Below are positions 28,461-38,950 of a DNA stretch of 64,000 nt, one piece after another. Position 1 is the stretch's first letter, and every line of letters begins with the position of its first letter. Origin of the DNA: a virus (lineage: Duplodnaviria > Caudoviricetes). The stretch covers positions 2,102-66,101 of the IMG/VR virus record IMGVR_UViG_3300042448_001920; one strand, written 5' to 3'. The notes below the pieces were generated by a model. That model made no database searches, had not been told where the DNA came from, and saw nothing but the letters and a program-made list of their open reading frames with translations. The position numbers and the translations under genes were made by a program.

Positions 28461-29033
28461 ATGGAAACTAATAAAGACATAAACGAATTTATTGACGCAG
28501 ATGGGGATATAATTACTGGTGATAAAAGACATATTGATTATGTTAACACCACTAAAAAAACAACTGATGCTACAATTTTAATGACCAGACAACCATTCGT
28601 CTTCCAAAATTATAGAAGATACTATGGTGAGTCTGTCTTACCTTTTAATAATGAGGCTGATTTGTGTAAAGAAAACCCTAAAAAATTCTATGAGTTTTTA
28701 GAAAAAAAGGGTATGGAACATACTTTTGAGGATTACTTTACTGAAGTAAAGCCAAGAAAAGATGTTAAACCAGTTATTGATCCAAAAGATAAATTAAAAG
28801 AGATTGCGAAAGAAAAAGCATTTAAAATGCTTGAAGATCTTCTTTCCAAGAAAAAAGATAGTGACTATCTTATATCTAAAGATATGCCAACAACTATCGA
28901 AGAAATCAAAGATAAAGAAAAATTACTTTTCGATAAATTCGATAAAATACTAGAATTTTTTAAAGAAAATTTAAGCGAGGGTGAGAAAAAGATATTATTA
29001 TCTTATTTTGAAAATTCATTAAAAAATGGGTAA
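28461..29033 (+). CDS. Hypothetical protein
   Basis: 190-aa ORF, first gene of a tightly coupled operon. Confidence 0.7.
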   Translation: METNKDINEFIDADGDIITGDKRHIDYVNTTKKTTDATILMTRQPFVFQNYRRYYGESVLPFNNEADLCKENPKKFYEFLEKKGMEHTFEDYFTEVKPRKDVKPVIDPKDKLKEIAKEKAFKMLEDLLSKKKDSDYLISKDMPTTIEEIKDKEKLLFDKFDKILEFFKENLSEGEKKILLSYFENSLKNG

Positions 29034-29520
29034 GAATTCAAAATTATATGAAGTAAACTCAAAACTTATCGGTATGTCTTATGATATACCAGATGAGATT
29101 TTAATTCATATTAAAAATACATTAGAAAAATTTAAAGATCATAAAACGGTTAAAGGTTACAAAAGAGCTAATTTTTTGGTGAATAACCCAAACCAGCCTT
29201 ATGTTAATTTAGCTATGATCAAATCATATTTTGATAATGTAAATAAGGATGAGGTTAACCCAATTGAATACGCTTTAAATGGTGGCGATGTGTTAAATGT
29301 TTGGGTTCAGGATCTTATAAAAAGAGAAAAAGAAAGAGTTGAGGGTAGTAAAGTTGCGAGAACAAACGCTGGTATGAAAGGTCAATATAGAAAAGATTCC
29401 GAAGGTAATGATTTTGATACCAGTTTGGATGATAGAATTATGGATACCCCAGATATAATGTTTAATAGTGCATTATTAGAAGATATTAATAGAATAAAAA
29501 ATTTAATAAATAAAATTTAA
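29026..29520 (+). CDS. Hypothetical protein with C-terminal LLEDINRIKNLI motif
   Basis: 164-aa ORF overlapping the previous stop. Confidence 0.7.
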   Translation: MGKNSKLYEVNSKLIGMSYDIPDEILIHIKNTLEKFKDHKTVKGYKRANFLVNNPNQPYVNLAMIKSYFDNVNKDEVNPIEYALNGGDVLNVWVQDLIKREKERVEGSKVARTNAGMKGQYRKDSEGNDFDTSLDDRIMDTPDIMFNSALLEDINRIKNLINKI

Positions 29521-29522
29521 TC

Positions 29523-29786
29523 ATGGCTGACAATATTTTAAAAGTACCAGCATCAGAGCAATTAAGACAAATTGCTTTTGAAGAAAGAGAGGGTAAATTA
29601 ATACCCGTTAACGAATATAAACCAAACGCTTTTGAGTATAGCGCAACAAACCCTAACGCACTTAGTGGTGACGCTAAAGGTAAAGGTGATATCGGTAACA
29701 CTACTGATGTTGAAGAAAGATCAAAGTTAATTGCTGTTAATAATTATAAAGATAGTAACACATATCCAGATTCATCTGTAGTTTAA
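29523..29786 (+). CDS. Hypothetical protein with internal duplication
   Basis: EEREGKLIPVNEYK / EERSKLIAVNNYK. Confidence 0.7.
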   Translation: MADNILKVPASEQLRQIAFEEREGKLIPVNEYKPNAFEYSATNPNALSGDAKGKGDIGNTTDVEERSKLIAVNNYKDSNTYPDSSVV

Positions 29787-29798
29787 TTTTTTCCATTT

Positions 29799-30377
29799 AT
29801 GCTTATTATTGAACAAAACGAAAATGAAAAGTTGTCCTTATTACGTCAAGCGATTGAAAATAAGGTAGAAATTTCATTTTGGTATAGAGGTATCAAAGTT
29901 AGCGACCCTAAAAATAAAAAGTACACCAAACAAAACTGGAGATTTGCCCAACCAACCGATTTAGGTAAAAGCAAGGGTGATGGTAACAGATGGATGTTAA
30001 GGGCGTACCAAAAAAGCGGGGCTAGCAATACCAATAATAGAGCATGGAAGACATTTTTAGTGGATGAAATGAATAATATAACGCTTTTAGGTGGCGATGA
30101 CAAGGCAGCTATATTAAGTAAGTATGGTTATTTTGATAAACCAGACGGGTCTGGATTCAACCTAAGCGGAGATAAAAAAATGGTTAATGATAAACCAGAA
30201 ATTAAAATAGATATAAACAAAAAAAGACCAGAAAATAAACCAGAAGAAAAGCCAGTTGAACCTCAACCACAAGGACAACCTCAAGGACAAAATGTCCCAG
30301 AGACCCCAAATGATGAGGAGCCAATAACTGAACATAGTTCTGGATTCTTAAAATGGATTTATAATATATATGGATAA
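29799..30377 (+). CDS. WYL-domain-like protein
   Basis: AIENKVEISFWY...R.AQP..LG...LRAYQ...WKTFLVDEM, followed by a Pro/Gln-rich tail. Confidence 0.6.
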   Translation: MLIIEQNENEKLSLLRQAIENKVEISFWYRGIKVSDPKNKKYTKQNWRFAQPTDLGKSKGDGNRWMLRAYQKSGASNTNNRAWKTFLVDEMNNITLLGGDDKAAILSKYGYFDKPDGSGFNLSGDKKMVNDKPEIKIDINKKRPENKPEEKPVEPQPQGQPQGQNVPETPNDEEPITEHSSGFLKWIYNIYG

Positions 30378-30978
30378 TCAAGATAAAGCGGCTTTATTAG
30401 CACAAGGAATTGCTAAAGCTAGAATGGTAATGGAAAAAGTTGAAGCCAATACAGGTGGTAGAATGGCTCAGGATAGAGGTGTGTCATCTATGAACAGAGA
30501 AATGTACTCTGATAATTATGAGGAACGTGAACCAGAGTATTTATCAGAAGAACAAGTTGCGGCTAGAACAAGAAATGCCGCTGGTAACGTACCCAAAAAC
30601 ACTATGAGAAATTTAGCAACATCAAAAATGCCAAAAGAAATACTACAATCGTTTATGGAAAACCCAATTGTTGACCCAACGGTTCCAGTTGGAATGGATA
30701 GTTTAATGGAACATGTGGCTAAAACACAACCTAAAATGAAACAAATTGAAGAAATGGCTCAACCAAGACATACTCCGCAGGCACCACAAAATCAAGCGGT
30801 TACAATGGATAGAGAATTAATCGAATATATCATTAAAAAAACTGTTGAGACGGTTCTTGAAGAACAAGCTAAAAAAACCAGTATTGACGAAAATTTTCAA
30901 ATTAAAATAGGAGATAAAATATTTGGTGGTAAATTAAATGTTTTAAAAGAAAGTAATAATAAAACAAATAAAAAGTAA
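30370..30978 (+). CDS. Hypothetical protein
   Basis: 202-aa ORF in the operon. Confidence 0.7.
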   Translation: MDNQDKAALLAQGIAKARMVMEKVEANTGGRMAQDRGVSSMNREMYSDNYEEREPEYLSEEQVAARTRNAAGNVPKNTMRNLATSKMPKEILQSFMENPIVDPTVPVGMDSLMEHVAKTQPKMKQIEEMAQPRHTPQAPQNQAVTMDRELIEYIIKKTVETVLEEQAKKTSIDENFQIKIGDKIFGGKLNVLKESNNKTNKK

Positions 30979-30983
30979 AAACT

Positions 30984-31151
30984 ATGAAAAAAGAACAATT
31001 ATTAGGTGTTGTACGTCACGTATTAACATTTGTTGGTGGTATTTTAATCGCTAATGGTTTAGCCAACGAAGCTTTATCACAAGAGCTTGTTGGTGCAACA
31101 ATAACTTTGATCGGTGGTATCTGGTCAATTGTAGAAAAAAACAAAAAATAA
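30984..31151 (+). CDS. Small 2-TM membrane protein, putative holin (Pam3-gp28-like)
   Basis: 55 aa, below the track cutoff: MKKEQLLGVVRHVLTFVGGILIANGLANEALSQELVGATITLIGGIWSIVEKNKK. Confidence 0.65.
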   Translation: MKKEQLLGVVRHVLTFVGGILIANGLANEALSQELVGATITLIGGIWSIVEKNKK

Positions 31152-31152
31152 G

Positions 31153-31338
31153 ATGAGTAACGTAGTTAAATTTTGTAAAAACAAATGTTGCCCAGTTATT
31201 GAAGTACAAGAAAATGCAATTGTATTAGGTGACAAAGAAGGCCCAGAAGGTATAACAACATGGACTAAAAACCAATTTGCTGACTTTGTTGAGGCGGCTA
31301 AAGAAGGTAAATTTGATGAGATCATCAATGAAAATTAA
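31153..31338 (+). CDS. DUF397-like small protein
   Basis: CCPVIEV...IVLGDKEGP...WTKNQFADFVEAAKEGKF. Confidence 0.5.
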   Translation: MSNVVKFCKNKCCPVIEVQENAIVLGDKEGPEGITTWTKNQFADFVEAAKEGKFDEIINEN

Positions 31339-31367
31339 TTGTTAAAAATTTTAACAAAAAACTAATG

Positions 31368-31397
31368 ATGGGGAATTTGACATTCCCCATTTTTTTT
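31368..31397 (+). terminator. Rho-independent terminator
   Basis: ATGGGGAAT-TTGAC-ATTCCCCAT followed by T7. Confidence 0.8.
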
Positions 31398-31406
31398 GTA
31401 TATTTG
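31376..31406 (+). promoter_or_regulatory. Bacteroidota-type promoter overlapping the terminator
   Basis: TTTG-N19-TATATTTG, 4 nt before the ATG at 31411. Confidence 0.65.
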
Positions 31407-31410
31407 TGAT

Positions 31411-32160
31411 ATGGATAAGATAAAGATTGTAGTTATTGGAGAAAATTGTACTGATAAATTTATATATGGTAGTGTTACCAGATTATGCCCAGAGGCACCA
31501 GTACCAATATTAAACCCTTATAAAACAACAAAAAATCCTGGGATGGCTGGTAATGTTGTTGAAAATATTAAAGCGCTTAGAAAAGAATGTGATATCACAT
31601 TTATTCATCAGGATACTAAGATCGTTAAAACAAGGTATGTTGACGAGCAAAGTAATCAAATGATTATTCGTGTTGATGAAGGTGAGAATGACGTAAACCC
31701 ACTACAATTAACCCAGGAGTTAATTGATGAGTTATTATTAGCTGATATTGTGATTGTTAGTGATTACAATAAAGGTTTTTTAACAAATGAAATTTTAAGC
31801 AGTATTGGACATTACTCATCGTGCTCAATACTTGATAGTAAGAGAGTTATGTTACCAATATTTAAAGATTTTACTTTTATTAAATTAAATAAAAGCGAAA
31901 GATTACAACAAAAAGACGGTTTAATTGCCGATTTAAATATTATAACTACTTTGGGTAAAAAGGGTGCTGAATATAAGGGTAACGTTTACCCATCCCCAAT
32001 GCCAAGAGATACTATTGATGTTAGTGGGGCTGGTGATACCTTTACAGCTTCATTTATTTTAAAATACCATGAAACTAAAGATATTAAGACAGCCATATAT
32101 TTTGCTAACACCAAAGCGTCTGATGTTGTTAGTAGAAGAGGCGTTGTTGTACCGAAATAA
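31411..32160 (+). CDS. rfaE: RfaE/HldE-like heptose-7-phosphate kinase (PfkB family)
   Basis: VIGE.C.D.FIYG...RLCPEAPVP, GMAGNV, KTRY, SDYNKG, DVSGAGDTF. ATG at 31411 preferred over TTG at 31396. Confidence 0.85.
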   Translation: MDKIKIVVIGENCTDKFIYGSVTRLCPEAPVPILNPYKTTKNPGMAGNVVENIKALRKECDITFIHQDTKIVKTRYVDEQSNQMIIRVDEGENDVNPLQLTQELIDELLLADIVIVSDYNKGFLTNEILSSIGHYSSCSILDSKRVMLPIFKDFTFIKLNKSERLQQKDGLIADLNIITTLGKKGAEYKGNVYPSPMPRDTIDVSGAGDTFTASFILKYHETKDIKTAIYFANTKASDVVSRRGVVVPK

Positions 32161-32223
32161 ATTTCATAATATGTTTTGATTTTTCCCTTATTTTTCCTAT
32201 TATTATGGAAACATATTGAATTT

Positions 32224-33444
32224 ATGAGCAAAATTAATATACTGGTACAACCAAATGACCGAGCTGGTTCAGGTAAATATAGATGCGTGGATCCTCACGT
32301 AACCTTACAGAATAACAATCCAGAGGATTTCTTTGTTGAGATTAACGAAAATGTTAATTTTAACGATGATAACTATTTGAAAAAATTTCAGTTATTCTTC
32401 TTTCATAGAGCACCTGGTGGAAATTACTTACAGGGTGTCGAGATTGTTAAAAAAATTAAATCATTTGGTGGTAAAGTTATCATTGACTTAGATGACCATT
32501 GGAATTTAGACCCATCACATGGTCTTTATCAAACTTCTAAAAAGAATGATATCCCATTCCACACAATTTCTATCATAAAAGAAGCTAATTTGGTAACAGT
32601 ATCTACGCACTTGTTACAAAAAGAAGTACTTAGGTATAACAAAAACTGTGTTGTTTTAGCAAATGCCATAAACCCTAATGAAACTCAATTTAAACCACAG
32701 CCAAGTGAATCAAATCGACTTAGATTCGGCTGGCTTGGTGGTTCATCGCACATAAAAGATATTGAATTATTAAAAGGCGTACCCCAAAAATCAAATGAAT
32801 ATGGGGATAAAATGCAAATTGTTTTATGTGGATACGATACAAGGGGTAAAGTTAAAGCCATACACCCAGAAACTGGTCAGGTAATGGAAAGAGATATGCA
32901 ACCAGTTGAAACAACCTGGTTTATGTATGAAGTCTTTTTGACGGATCATTTTAAAACAATCAAAGATCAGGAGTATATTAAACATTTATTAAAATTTGAT
33001 CAAACATTGAATTATGATGATAAGTATATGCCGTATAGAAGAATTTGGACTAAGTCTATTGACACATACGCAAAGGGCTATAATGAATTTGATGTGGCAT
33101 TAGCACCTTTAAATGATAGCCCATTCAACCTTTATAAGTCACAATTGAAAGTTATTGAAGCTGGATTCCATAAAAAAGCTATAATTGCACAGAATTATGG
33201 ACCATATACAATTGATTTAGTTTCTGCAATAGAAAAGGGTGGTGGTTTTAATGACAACGGTAATTCTTTACTAGTTGAACCGAGTAAAAACCACAAACAA
33301 TGGAGCCAACACATTAAGAGATTGATTGATAACCCAAATCTCGTTAAAGATCTTGGTGAAAAATTATATGAGTCTGTTAAAGATAAATACAATATCAACT
33401 ATGTAACCAAATTGAGGGCTGAAATTTATAAAACATTAATATAA
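32224..33444 (+). CDS. Glycosyltransferase (GT-B fold, GT4-like)
   Basis: GSGKYR, IIDLDDHW, GWLGGSSH..D, LAPL...FN..KSQLKVIEAG. ATG at 32224 preferred over 32176. Confidence 0.8.
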   Translation: MSKINILVQPNDRAGSGKYRCVDPHVTLQNNNPEDFFVEINENVNFNDDNYLKKFQLFFFHRAPGGNYLQGVEIVKKIKSFGGKVIIDLDDHWNLDPSHGLYQTSKKNDIPFHTISIIKEANLVTVSTHLLQKEVLRYNKNCVVLANAINPNETQFKPQPSESNRLRFGWLGGSSHIKDIELLKGVPQKSNEYGDKMQIVLCGYDTRGKVKAIHPETGQVMERDMQPVETTWFMYEVFLTDHFKTIKDQEYIKHLLKFDQTLNYDDKYMPYRRIWTKSIDTYAKGYNEFDVALAPLNDSPFNLYKSQLKVIEAGFHKKAIIAQNYGPYTIDLVSAIEKGGGFNDNGNSLLVEPSKNHKQWSQHIKRLIDNPNLVKDLGEKLYESVKDKYNINYVTKLRAEIYKTLI

Positions 33445-33445
33445 T

Positions 33446-34030
33446 ATGAACAATAAATTAGAAAATTTAGACATGGGTGAGTTTTTTGATGATGAAACAA
33501 AAAACGAATTGGATAGTATTCTAAAACAAACCCAACACCTGATGGGTGATTGGGATTACGATCCAGAAACAATGTTAATTAAACTAAAAGTTTCTTTTAT
33601 AAATAAATCGGATAACCCAGATCCAACTTATGAAAAAGAAGGTGATAGTGGTTTTGACATAAGAGCTAATATAAACAAAACAATCGAAATTGAGCCTGGT
33701 CACAGGGCTTTAATTCCAACTGGTTTATATTTTGAAATACCTTTAGGCTATGAGCTACAAGTTAGATCTAGAAGTGGGTTGGCTTTAAAAAATGGTATTA
33801 TGGTTTTAAATAGCCCTGGTACTGTTGATTCTGGTTATAGGGGTGAGGTTGGTGTTATATTGTATAATTCAGATAAATCAACACCTTTTTATGTACATAA
33901 AGGGGATAGAATTGCACAAGGTGTTATTTCAGCTGTACAAACAATGGGAAAAACAAAATTTATAAAAACGAATACACTATCAAGTAGTGATAGAGGTGCT
34001 GGTGGATTCGGTTCAACAGGTATTAATTAA
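33446..34030 (+). CDS. dut: dUTPase (trimeric)
   Basis: SGFDI, PTGL, RSRSGLA, GTVDSGYRGE, GDRIAQ, RGAGGFGSTG. Confidence 0.95.
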   Translation: MNNKLENLDMGEFFDDETKNELDSILKQTQHLMGDWDYDPETMLIKLKVSFINKSDNPDPTYEKEGDSGFDIRANINKTIEIEPGHRALIPTGLYFEIPLGYELQVRSRSGLALKNGIMVLNSPGTVDSGYRGEVGVILYNSDKSTPFYVHKGDRIAQGVISAVQTMGKTKFIKTNTLSSSDRGAGGFGSTGIN

Positions 34031-34338
34031 TGATAGTATTTAAAGATCAAATAAAAGCGTATAAATCAATCACACCTGATATATTAAATCAAATAGAATA
34101 TAAAACTGTTTGGTCTGGTAAAAGAATACAGGTTGGTGATAAAGTTTTGTATGCTTTTGTTTACCCATTAAATTCAGAGGATTATAAACTAGCCACATTT
34201 CTTGAGCGTGAACTTGATGAGGTTAATCAACTATTCACGTATATCCAAACAATAAAAGGTATCATACCTGTTTTAAAATACAAAAGCGATAATCTTGAAA
34301 GGAGTTTAATCGTAGAGGAAGAAGATGATGGACTATAA
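34030..34338 (+). CDS. Hypothetical protein
   Basis: 102-aa coupled ORF. Confidence 0.65.
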   Translation: MIVFKDQIKAYKSITPDILNQIEYKTVWSGKRIQVGDKVLYAFVYPLNSEDYKLATFLERELDEVNQLFTYIQTIKGIIPVLKYKSDNLERSLIVEEEDDGL

Positions 34339-35764
34339 AATTAGTGTTGTATTCTCAACCAGAAAAATAGACGAAAACTTTATTGATCATGTTAAAAAAA
34401 CATGCATGTATAAAGGTGTTGAGGTTTTACCTTATGAGAATAATGGTGAATATTCTTTAACTGAGATATATAATAAGGGTTTATCAGAGGCATCAAGCGA
34501 CATTGTTGTTTTTTGTCATGATGATATCTTATTTGAGACAAAAAATTGGGGTGAGAAATTATTAAAAGCTTTCACCAAAAATCCAGAATATGGTATTCTT
34601 GGTGTTGCTGGTACAAACCATATGATTAGTGGTATGTGGTGGGAGATCAAAAATGCGATGCATGGTACTGTTAAACATACTGATGGTACTAAAGTTTGGA
34701 CAAATAAGTATTCACAAAATTATGGTAATGATTTAAAAGAGATGGTTGTTGTTGACGGTTTATTTATTGCTGTTAACAAAAATATCATAAAACATAAATT
34801 TGATGAAAAATTTAACGGGTTTCATTTTTACGATTTGTCTTTTTGTTTTAAAAATCATTTAGATAATGTAAAAATAGGTTTAATCTCAAACATCCTAATA
34901 CTACATAAATCAGTTGGTGCTGTTAACCAACAATGGGCTGAAAATAAAACTAAATTTGAGTCAATTTATTCTGATAAATTACCAATTTGTTTAAATAAAG
35001 AAAACAGTCATATCATCTTCGATAAAGACCTACCTAAAATAGACATGCATGTCCTTTGCTGGAACGAGGAAAAGATTATACCGTATTTTTTAAATCACTA
35101 TGAGAATTTGGTTTCCAACATATTTGTTTATGATAATAAGTCAAATGATAACGGTACAAAGATTTTAAAAAAACACCCTAAAGTCACGATTATACCTTAT
35201 GATACAAATGACCAGATTAGAGATGATGCTTACCTACAAATAAAAAATAACGCATGGAAAAACTCAATAGGTAAGGCTGATATTGTCATTGTATGTGATA
35301 TGGATGAATTTTTATACAGTGATGATTTAAAGAAATCAATTATTGATTTTTACGAAAGCGATGCCACCCTCATTAAACCAACTGGTTATGATATGATTGT
35401 AAATGAGTTTGAGTTTAACTATAATGATAAGTTAACTAATCTTGTTAAAACTGGTTATAAAAACAATCTTTTTGATAAGATGGTTATGTTTAAAACAAAG
35501 GATATAACAGAAATAAATTATAATGGTGGTTGCCATGTCGCTGCACCAAGAGGCCCTAAGGTTAAACTATTCGAAAATAATTTTTTACTCCTACACTACA
35601 AACGACTTGGTTTAAAATATTTTTTAAATAAAATGTCGTCTTATAGAAAAAGGTTAAGCGAGTTTAATAAAAAGTATAAGCTTGGTTATGAATATGAATT
35701 TAATAACGATAAACACATTGAAGATTTTAATGACTCTTTGAGTAAAATATCCGATGTTATTTAA
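34325..35764 (+). CDS. Two-domain GT-A glycosyltransferase (GT2-like plus GT2-like)
   Basis: N-terminal YNKG...FCHDD...VVDGLF...FHFYD; C-terminal WNEEKII..F..HY...YDNKSND...VCDMDEF. Confidence 0.8.
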   Translation: MMDYKISVVFSTRKIDENFIDHVKKTCMYKGVEVLPYENNGEYSLTEIYNKGLSEASSDIVVFCHDDILFETKNWGEKLLKAFTKNPEYGILGVAGTNHMISGMWWEIKNAMHGTVKHTDGTKVWTNKYSQNYGNDLKEMVVVDGLFIAVNKNIIKHKFDEKFNGFHFYDLSFCFKNHLDNVKIGLISNILILHKSVGAVNQQWAENKTKFESIYSDKLPICLNKENSHIIFDKDLPKIDMHVLCWNEEKIIPYFLNHYENLVSNIFVYDNKSNDNGTKILKKHPKVTIIPYDTNDQIRDDAYLQIKNNAWKNSIGKADIVIVCDMDEFLYSDDLKKSIIDFYESDATLIKPTGYDMIVNEFEFNYNDKLTNLVKTGYKNNLFDKMVMFKTKDITEINYNGGCHVAAPRGPKVKLFENNFLLLHYKRLGLKYFLNKMSSYRKRLSEFNKKYKLGYEYEFNNDKHIEDFNDSLSKISDVI

Positions 35765-35797
35765 TTTTTATAACTATTTAGATTAAAGTAATATTAT

Positions 35798-36778
35798 ATG
35801 GGTTTTTTTAGAATTAGAAAAAAAGTAAAAGATGATTATACCATAACGGAAGATCTCGTACAAGAAGAGAGATTAGTTGATCTACCAAAAATAACCATAA
35901 AAAAAAGTTATACGGATACAAATAAAGGTGAACCATACGTGAAAAAAACTTCAACAGTAGTTAGAAAAAATGAGGCCCCTGATGTAACAAAGTATTTTGA
36001 AAAAAAAGAATTTGTTGCAGATTACGCTTTTCCAGAAATAACAGAAAAATTTGGTATTATAGATAATATTAATAATATTGAACCTTTCCCTTTTAGACAA
36101 AGGAAATTGGCTGTTTTTCTTCACATGTTCTACCCAGACCTATGGGATACGCTAGACAGCTATTTGAGTAACATCGAATGTGAGTTTGACCTATATATAA
36201 ACGCTGTGATGGATAAATATGATAATGATGTTATATACAAAATAGTTGATAAATACCCCAACGCAAAAATTATTAAAAATATTAATAAAGGTCGTGATAT
36301 TGGTGGTTTAATAACCATGTCAAAATATATTATAAAAAATCAGTATGATTGTGTATATTTTATACACACAAAAAAGAGCCCGCATTTAAAAAGTGGGCAC
36401 GTTTGGAGAAATGATATGTTAACTTCATTAATGGGTGACGAAAATAAAGTTAATAACCTTATTAAAGATATAAGGTATAATAATTTTGGTTTGGTAGTAC
36501 CAGGTTTATATAAAACAAATTCCATGGGTAGTAATTATACTAATTTAAAAAAATTAATGCAATTATATGGAGTTGATTACGACTTAAATAAATTAGAATT
36601 TTCAGCTGGTACATTTTTTTTATGTAATGCAGAATTAATTGAAGAAATAGGTGCGTTAATGGATTTATCATATTTTGAAGATGGTTCTGATCTTGACGGG
36701 CAAATGGCCCACGCATTTGAAAGGTTTTTACCCATTTTAACAATAAAAAAATTACATAAAACAATTAAATATGTCTAA
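35798..36778 (+). CDS. Rhamnan synthesis F (RgpF)-like glycosyltransferase
   Basis: AVFLHMFYPDLW, NKGRDIGG, IHTKKS, WR, AGTFF, HAFER. TATTTAG late-like motif at 35775. Confidence 0.8.
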   Translation: MGFFRIRKKVKDDYTITEDLVQEERLVDLPKITIKKSYTDTNKGEPYVKKTSTVVRKNEAPDVTKYFEKKEFVADYAFPEITEKFGIIDNINNIEPFPFRQRKLAVFLHMFYPDLWDTLDSYLSNIECEFDLYINAVMDKYDNDVIYKIVDKYPNAKIIKNINKGRDIGGLITMSKYIIKNQYDCVYFIHTKKSPHLKSGHVWRNDMLTSLMGDENKVNNLIKDIRYNNFGLVVPGLYKTNSMGSNYTNLKKLMQLYGVDYDLNKLEFSAGTFFLCNAELIEEIGALMDLSYFEDGSDLDGQMAHAFERFLPILTIKKLHKTIKYV

Positions 36779-37850
36779 ACCAAAAATTATTTGTTTCTAT
36801 CTACCACAATTTCACCCTTTTGATGAAAATGATCAATTTTGGGGCCGTGGTTTTACTGAGTGGAATAATCTATATAGCGTAAAAAAATTTCATAAAAATC
36901 AAAAATTTATGAGAACATCATCTGAATTTGGTGATTATGATCTGAGAAGTTATACTGTTAGAAAAAGACACGCTGAGTTAGCCAAAGAGCATGGTATAGA
37001 TGGGTTTTGTCTTTACCATTATTGGTTTTATGGTCACCCAGGTAATAAAGTTATGTATGAGGTTGCTGAGAGAATGCTTGAGGATGGTGAACCTAACATT
37101 AATTTTTGTTTTGAATGGGCAAACGAACCTTGGACAAGAACTTGGGATGGTATGGAAAAAAACTACCTAATAAAACAGGAATATGGTACTGAAAAAGATT
37201 GGACAGAACATTTTAATTATTTATTGAAATTTTTTAAACACAAAAATTATATAAAAGTTGATAATAAACCAATGTTTCTTGTTTATAGAATGGGTCACTT
37301 TAAAGAGTTTGATAAATTTAAAAAACATTTTGATAACTTAGCTAAGAAAGAGGGTTTTGATGGTATTATTTTTTCACAAACTTTAAACCATTTTAATGAA
37401 GATGGTAGTTATGAAGGTGTTAATAAAAATGCTGATGCATATATCGAGTACCACCCTATGTATGTAAATAGATTTTCTAAACCAGAACCAGAAAGTAATG
37501 ATGATGTAACTATATTCTATGCACCTAAAAAATGGGAAGACATAACCAATCTTAAGAAACCAAAAGATGTTGGTGATAAACCATATATTCGTGGTTTTTA
37601 TAGTGGTTGGGACTCATCCCCAAGGGCTAAAAACAGAGCATCAACAATTGATTTATACAACGACCCAAAAAACTTTGAGTTTTATTTAAAAAAACAGTTA
37701 AATAATGTTGTTGACGACAATAATGAACCTTATAATTACTTATTTATTTTTGCTTGGAATGAATGGGGTGAAGGTGCGGTAATTGAACCGAGTGATCTAT
37801 ATGGTAACCAATATTTGGTTGCGATAAAAAACGCATTAAATGGAATCTAA
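36771..37850 (+). CDS. WbsX-family (GH99-like) glycosyltransferase
   Basis: FYLPQFH..END..WG.GFTEW, GIDGFC.YHYWF, WANEPW, AWNEWGEG. Confidence 0.88.
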   Translation: MSKPKIICFYLPQFHPFDENDQFWGRGFTEWNNLYSVKKFHKNQKFMRTSSEFGDYDLRSYTVRKRHAELAKEHGIDGFCLYHYWFYGHPGNKVMYEVAERMLEDGEPNINFCFEWANEPWTRTWDGMEKNYLIKQEYGTEKDWTEHFNYLLKFFKHKNYIKVDNKPMFLVYRMGHFKEFDKFKKHFDNLAKKEGFDGIIFSQTLNHFNEDGSYEGVNKNADAYIEYHPMYVNRFSKPEPESNDDVTIFYAPKKWEDITNLKKPKDVGDKPYIRGFYSGWDSSPRAKNRASTIDLYNDPKNFEFYLKKQLNNVVDDNNEPYNYLFIFAWNEWGEGAVIEPSDLYGNQYLVAIKNALNGI

Positions 37851-38481
37851 TAAAGTCTGTATAATCGCATTAAAATATTTAGAAGATTATTGGGAATCAA
37901 CGCAAAAAAATATTGTTGATTCTGGTTTACCTGTTATATATGTTGATAGGGAAGGTGTTGGCTCTATGACAAAAGCTTTTAACTCAGCAATACCAGAATT
38001 AAATATTATTTTTGGTGATAATTTACCTGAATATTTGTTTTTTGTAACAAATAATAATTTTACATTAGATGTTGTTAATAGATTAGTGGAATCGATGGAT
38101 AACACAGGCTTTGCAGCAATTCACCCAACACATGATAGTGATCACCCATCACATATAAATAATAAATCTGGACAAGTTATTGAAACAAAGTATATTGAGT
38201 GGACATCACCAATTGTTAGAACTGACTTGTTTTTAAAATATCCTTTAAATGAAAATTATCATTATTGGTTTTTTGATTTGGTTTGGAGTTTTGAAATCAA
38301 AAAGCTTGGTTATAAAATTGGTGTCGATCATGGCGCTTTTGTTGATCACAGGTATCTTGTAAAAGATTTATCAAACCCAATATCCAAAAAAAGAAAAGAA
38401 TTAAGAGACGCTAGAAATAGTTTTGAGTATCAAATATTAAATAAGGATTACGGCAATAATTGGCGATTAATCCTTATGTAA
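37840..38481 (+). CDS. GT2-like glycosyltransferase
   Basis: GSMTKAFN...YLFFVTNN...LNENY..WFFDL...G.KIGV...VDH. Confidence 0.6.
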   Translation: MESNKVCIIALKYLEDYWESTQKNIVDSGLPVIYVDREGVGSMTKAFNSAIPELNIIFGDNLPEYLFFVTNNNFTLDVVNRLVESMDNTGFAAIHPTHDSDHPSHINNKSGQVIETKYIEWTSPIVRTDLFLKYPLNENYHYWFFDLVWSFEIKKLGYKIGVDHGAFVDHRYLVKDLSNPISKKRKELRDARNSFEYQILNKDYGNNWRLILM

Positions 38482-38491
38482 ATAAATTTAA

Positions 38492-38929
38492 ATGGAAGTA
38501 ACAAAAATATTAATTGATTTTGATGGTGTCTTAACAGATGGTAAGATATATTATACACACAATGGTGAACAATTTAAAGGTACCAATACACGTGATGTTA
38601 GGGCTATTAGGGAATTAATATCATATGGTTATGATGTTATCATATTAACAGCAAGTAGCTGGCCAGGTTCGGAAACTTTTGCTAAAAAAACTGGATCAGA
38701 GATTGTTATATCAAAAGATAAAAAACTTTTTGCTGATCAACTAAACGAAAAATTTATTGCCGTTGGTGACGATGTTTGGGATCTTGGTTTAATAGAAAAA
38801 TCAGAAAGATTCTTCGCACCAAAAGATTGTGATAGGGCGATTCGTTATAACAGTAATAAAATAGAAATACTTAACTGTAAAGGTGGTGAAGGCGTTATTG
38901 CTGAACTAGTATGGTTATTATGTAAATAA
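38492..38929 (+). CDS. kdsC: KdsC-like HAD phosphatase
   Basis: IDFDGVLTDG, VGDDVWD, KGGEG. Confidence 0.8.
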   Translation: MEVTKILIDFDGVLTDGKIYYTHNGEQFKGTNTRDVRAIRELISYGYDVIILTASSWPGSETFAKKTGSEIVISKDKKLFADQLNEKFIAVGDDVWDLGLIEKSERFFAPKDCDRAIRYNSNKIEILNCKGGEGVIAELVWLLCK

Positions 38930-38950
38930 ATAAATAAGAAAAAAAAATCT

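Noticed and set aside
31339-31357. Inverted repeat TTGTTAAAA-A-TTTTAACAA as an operator
   Set aside because: Single AT-rich instance; no second copy noticed.
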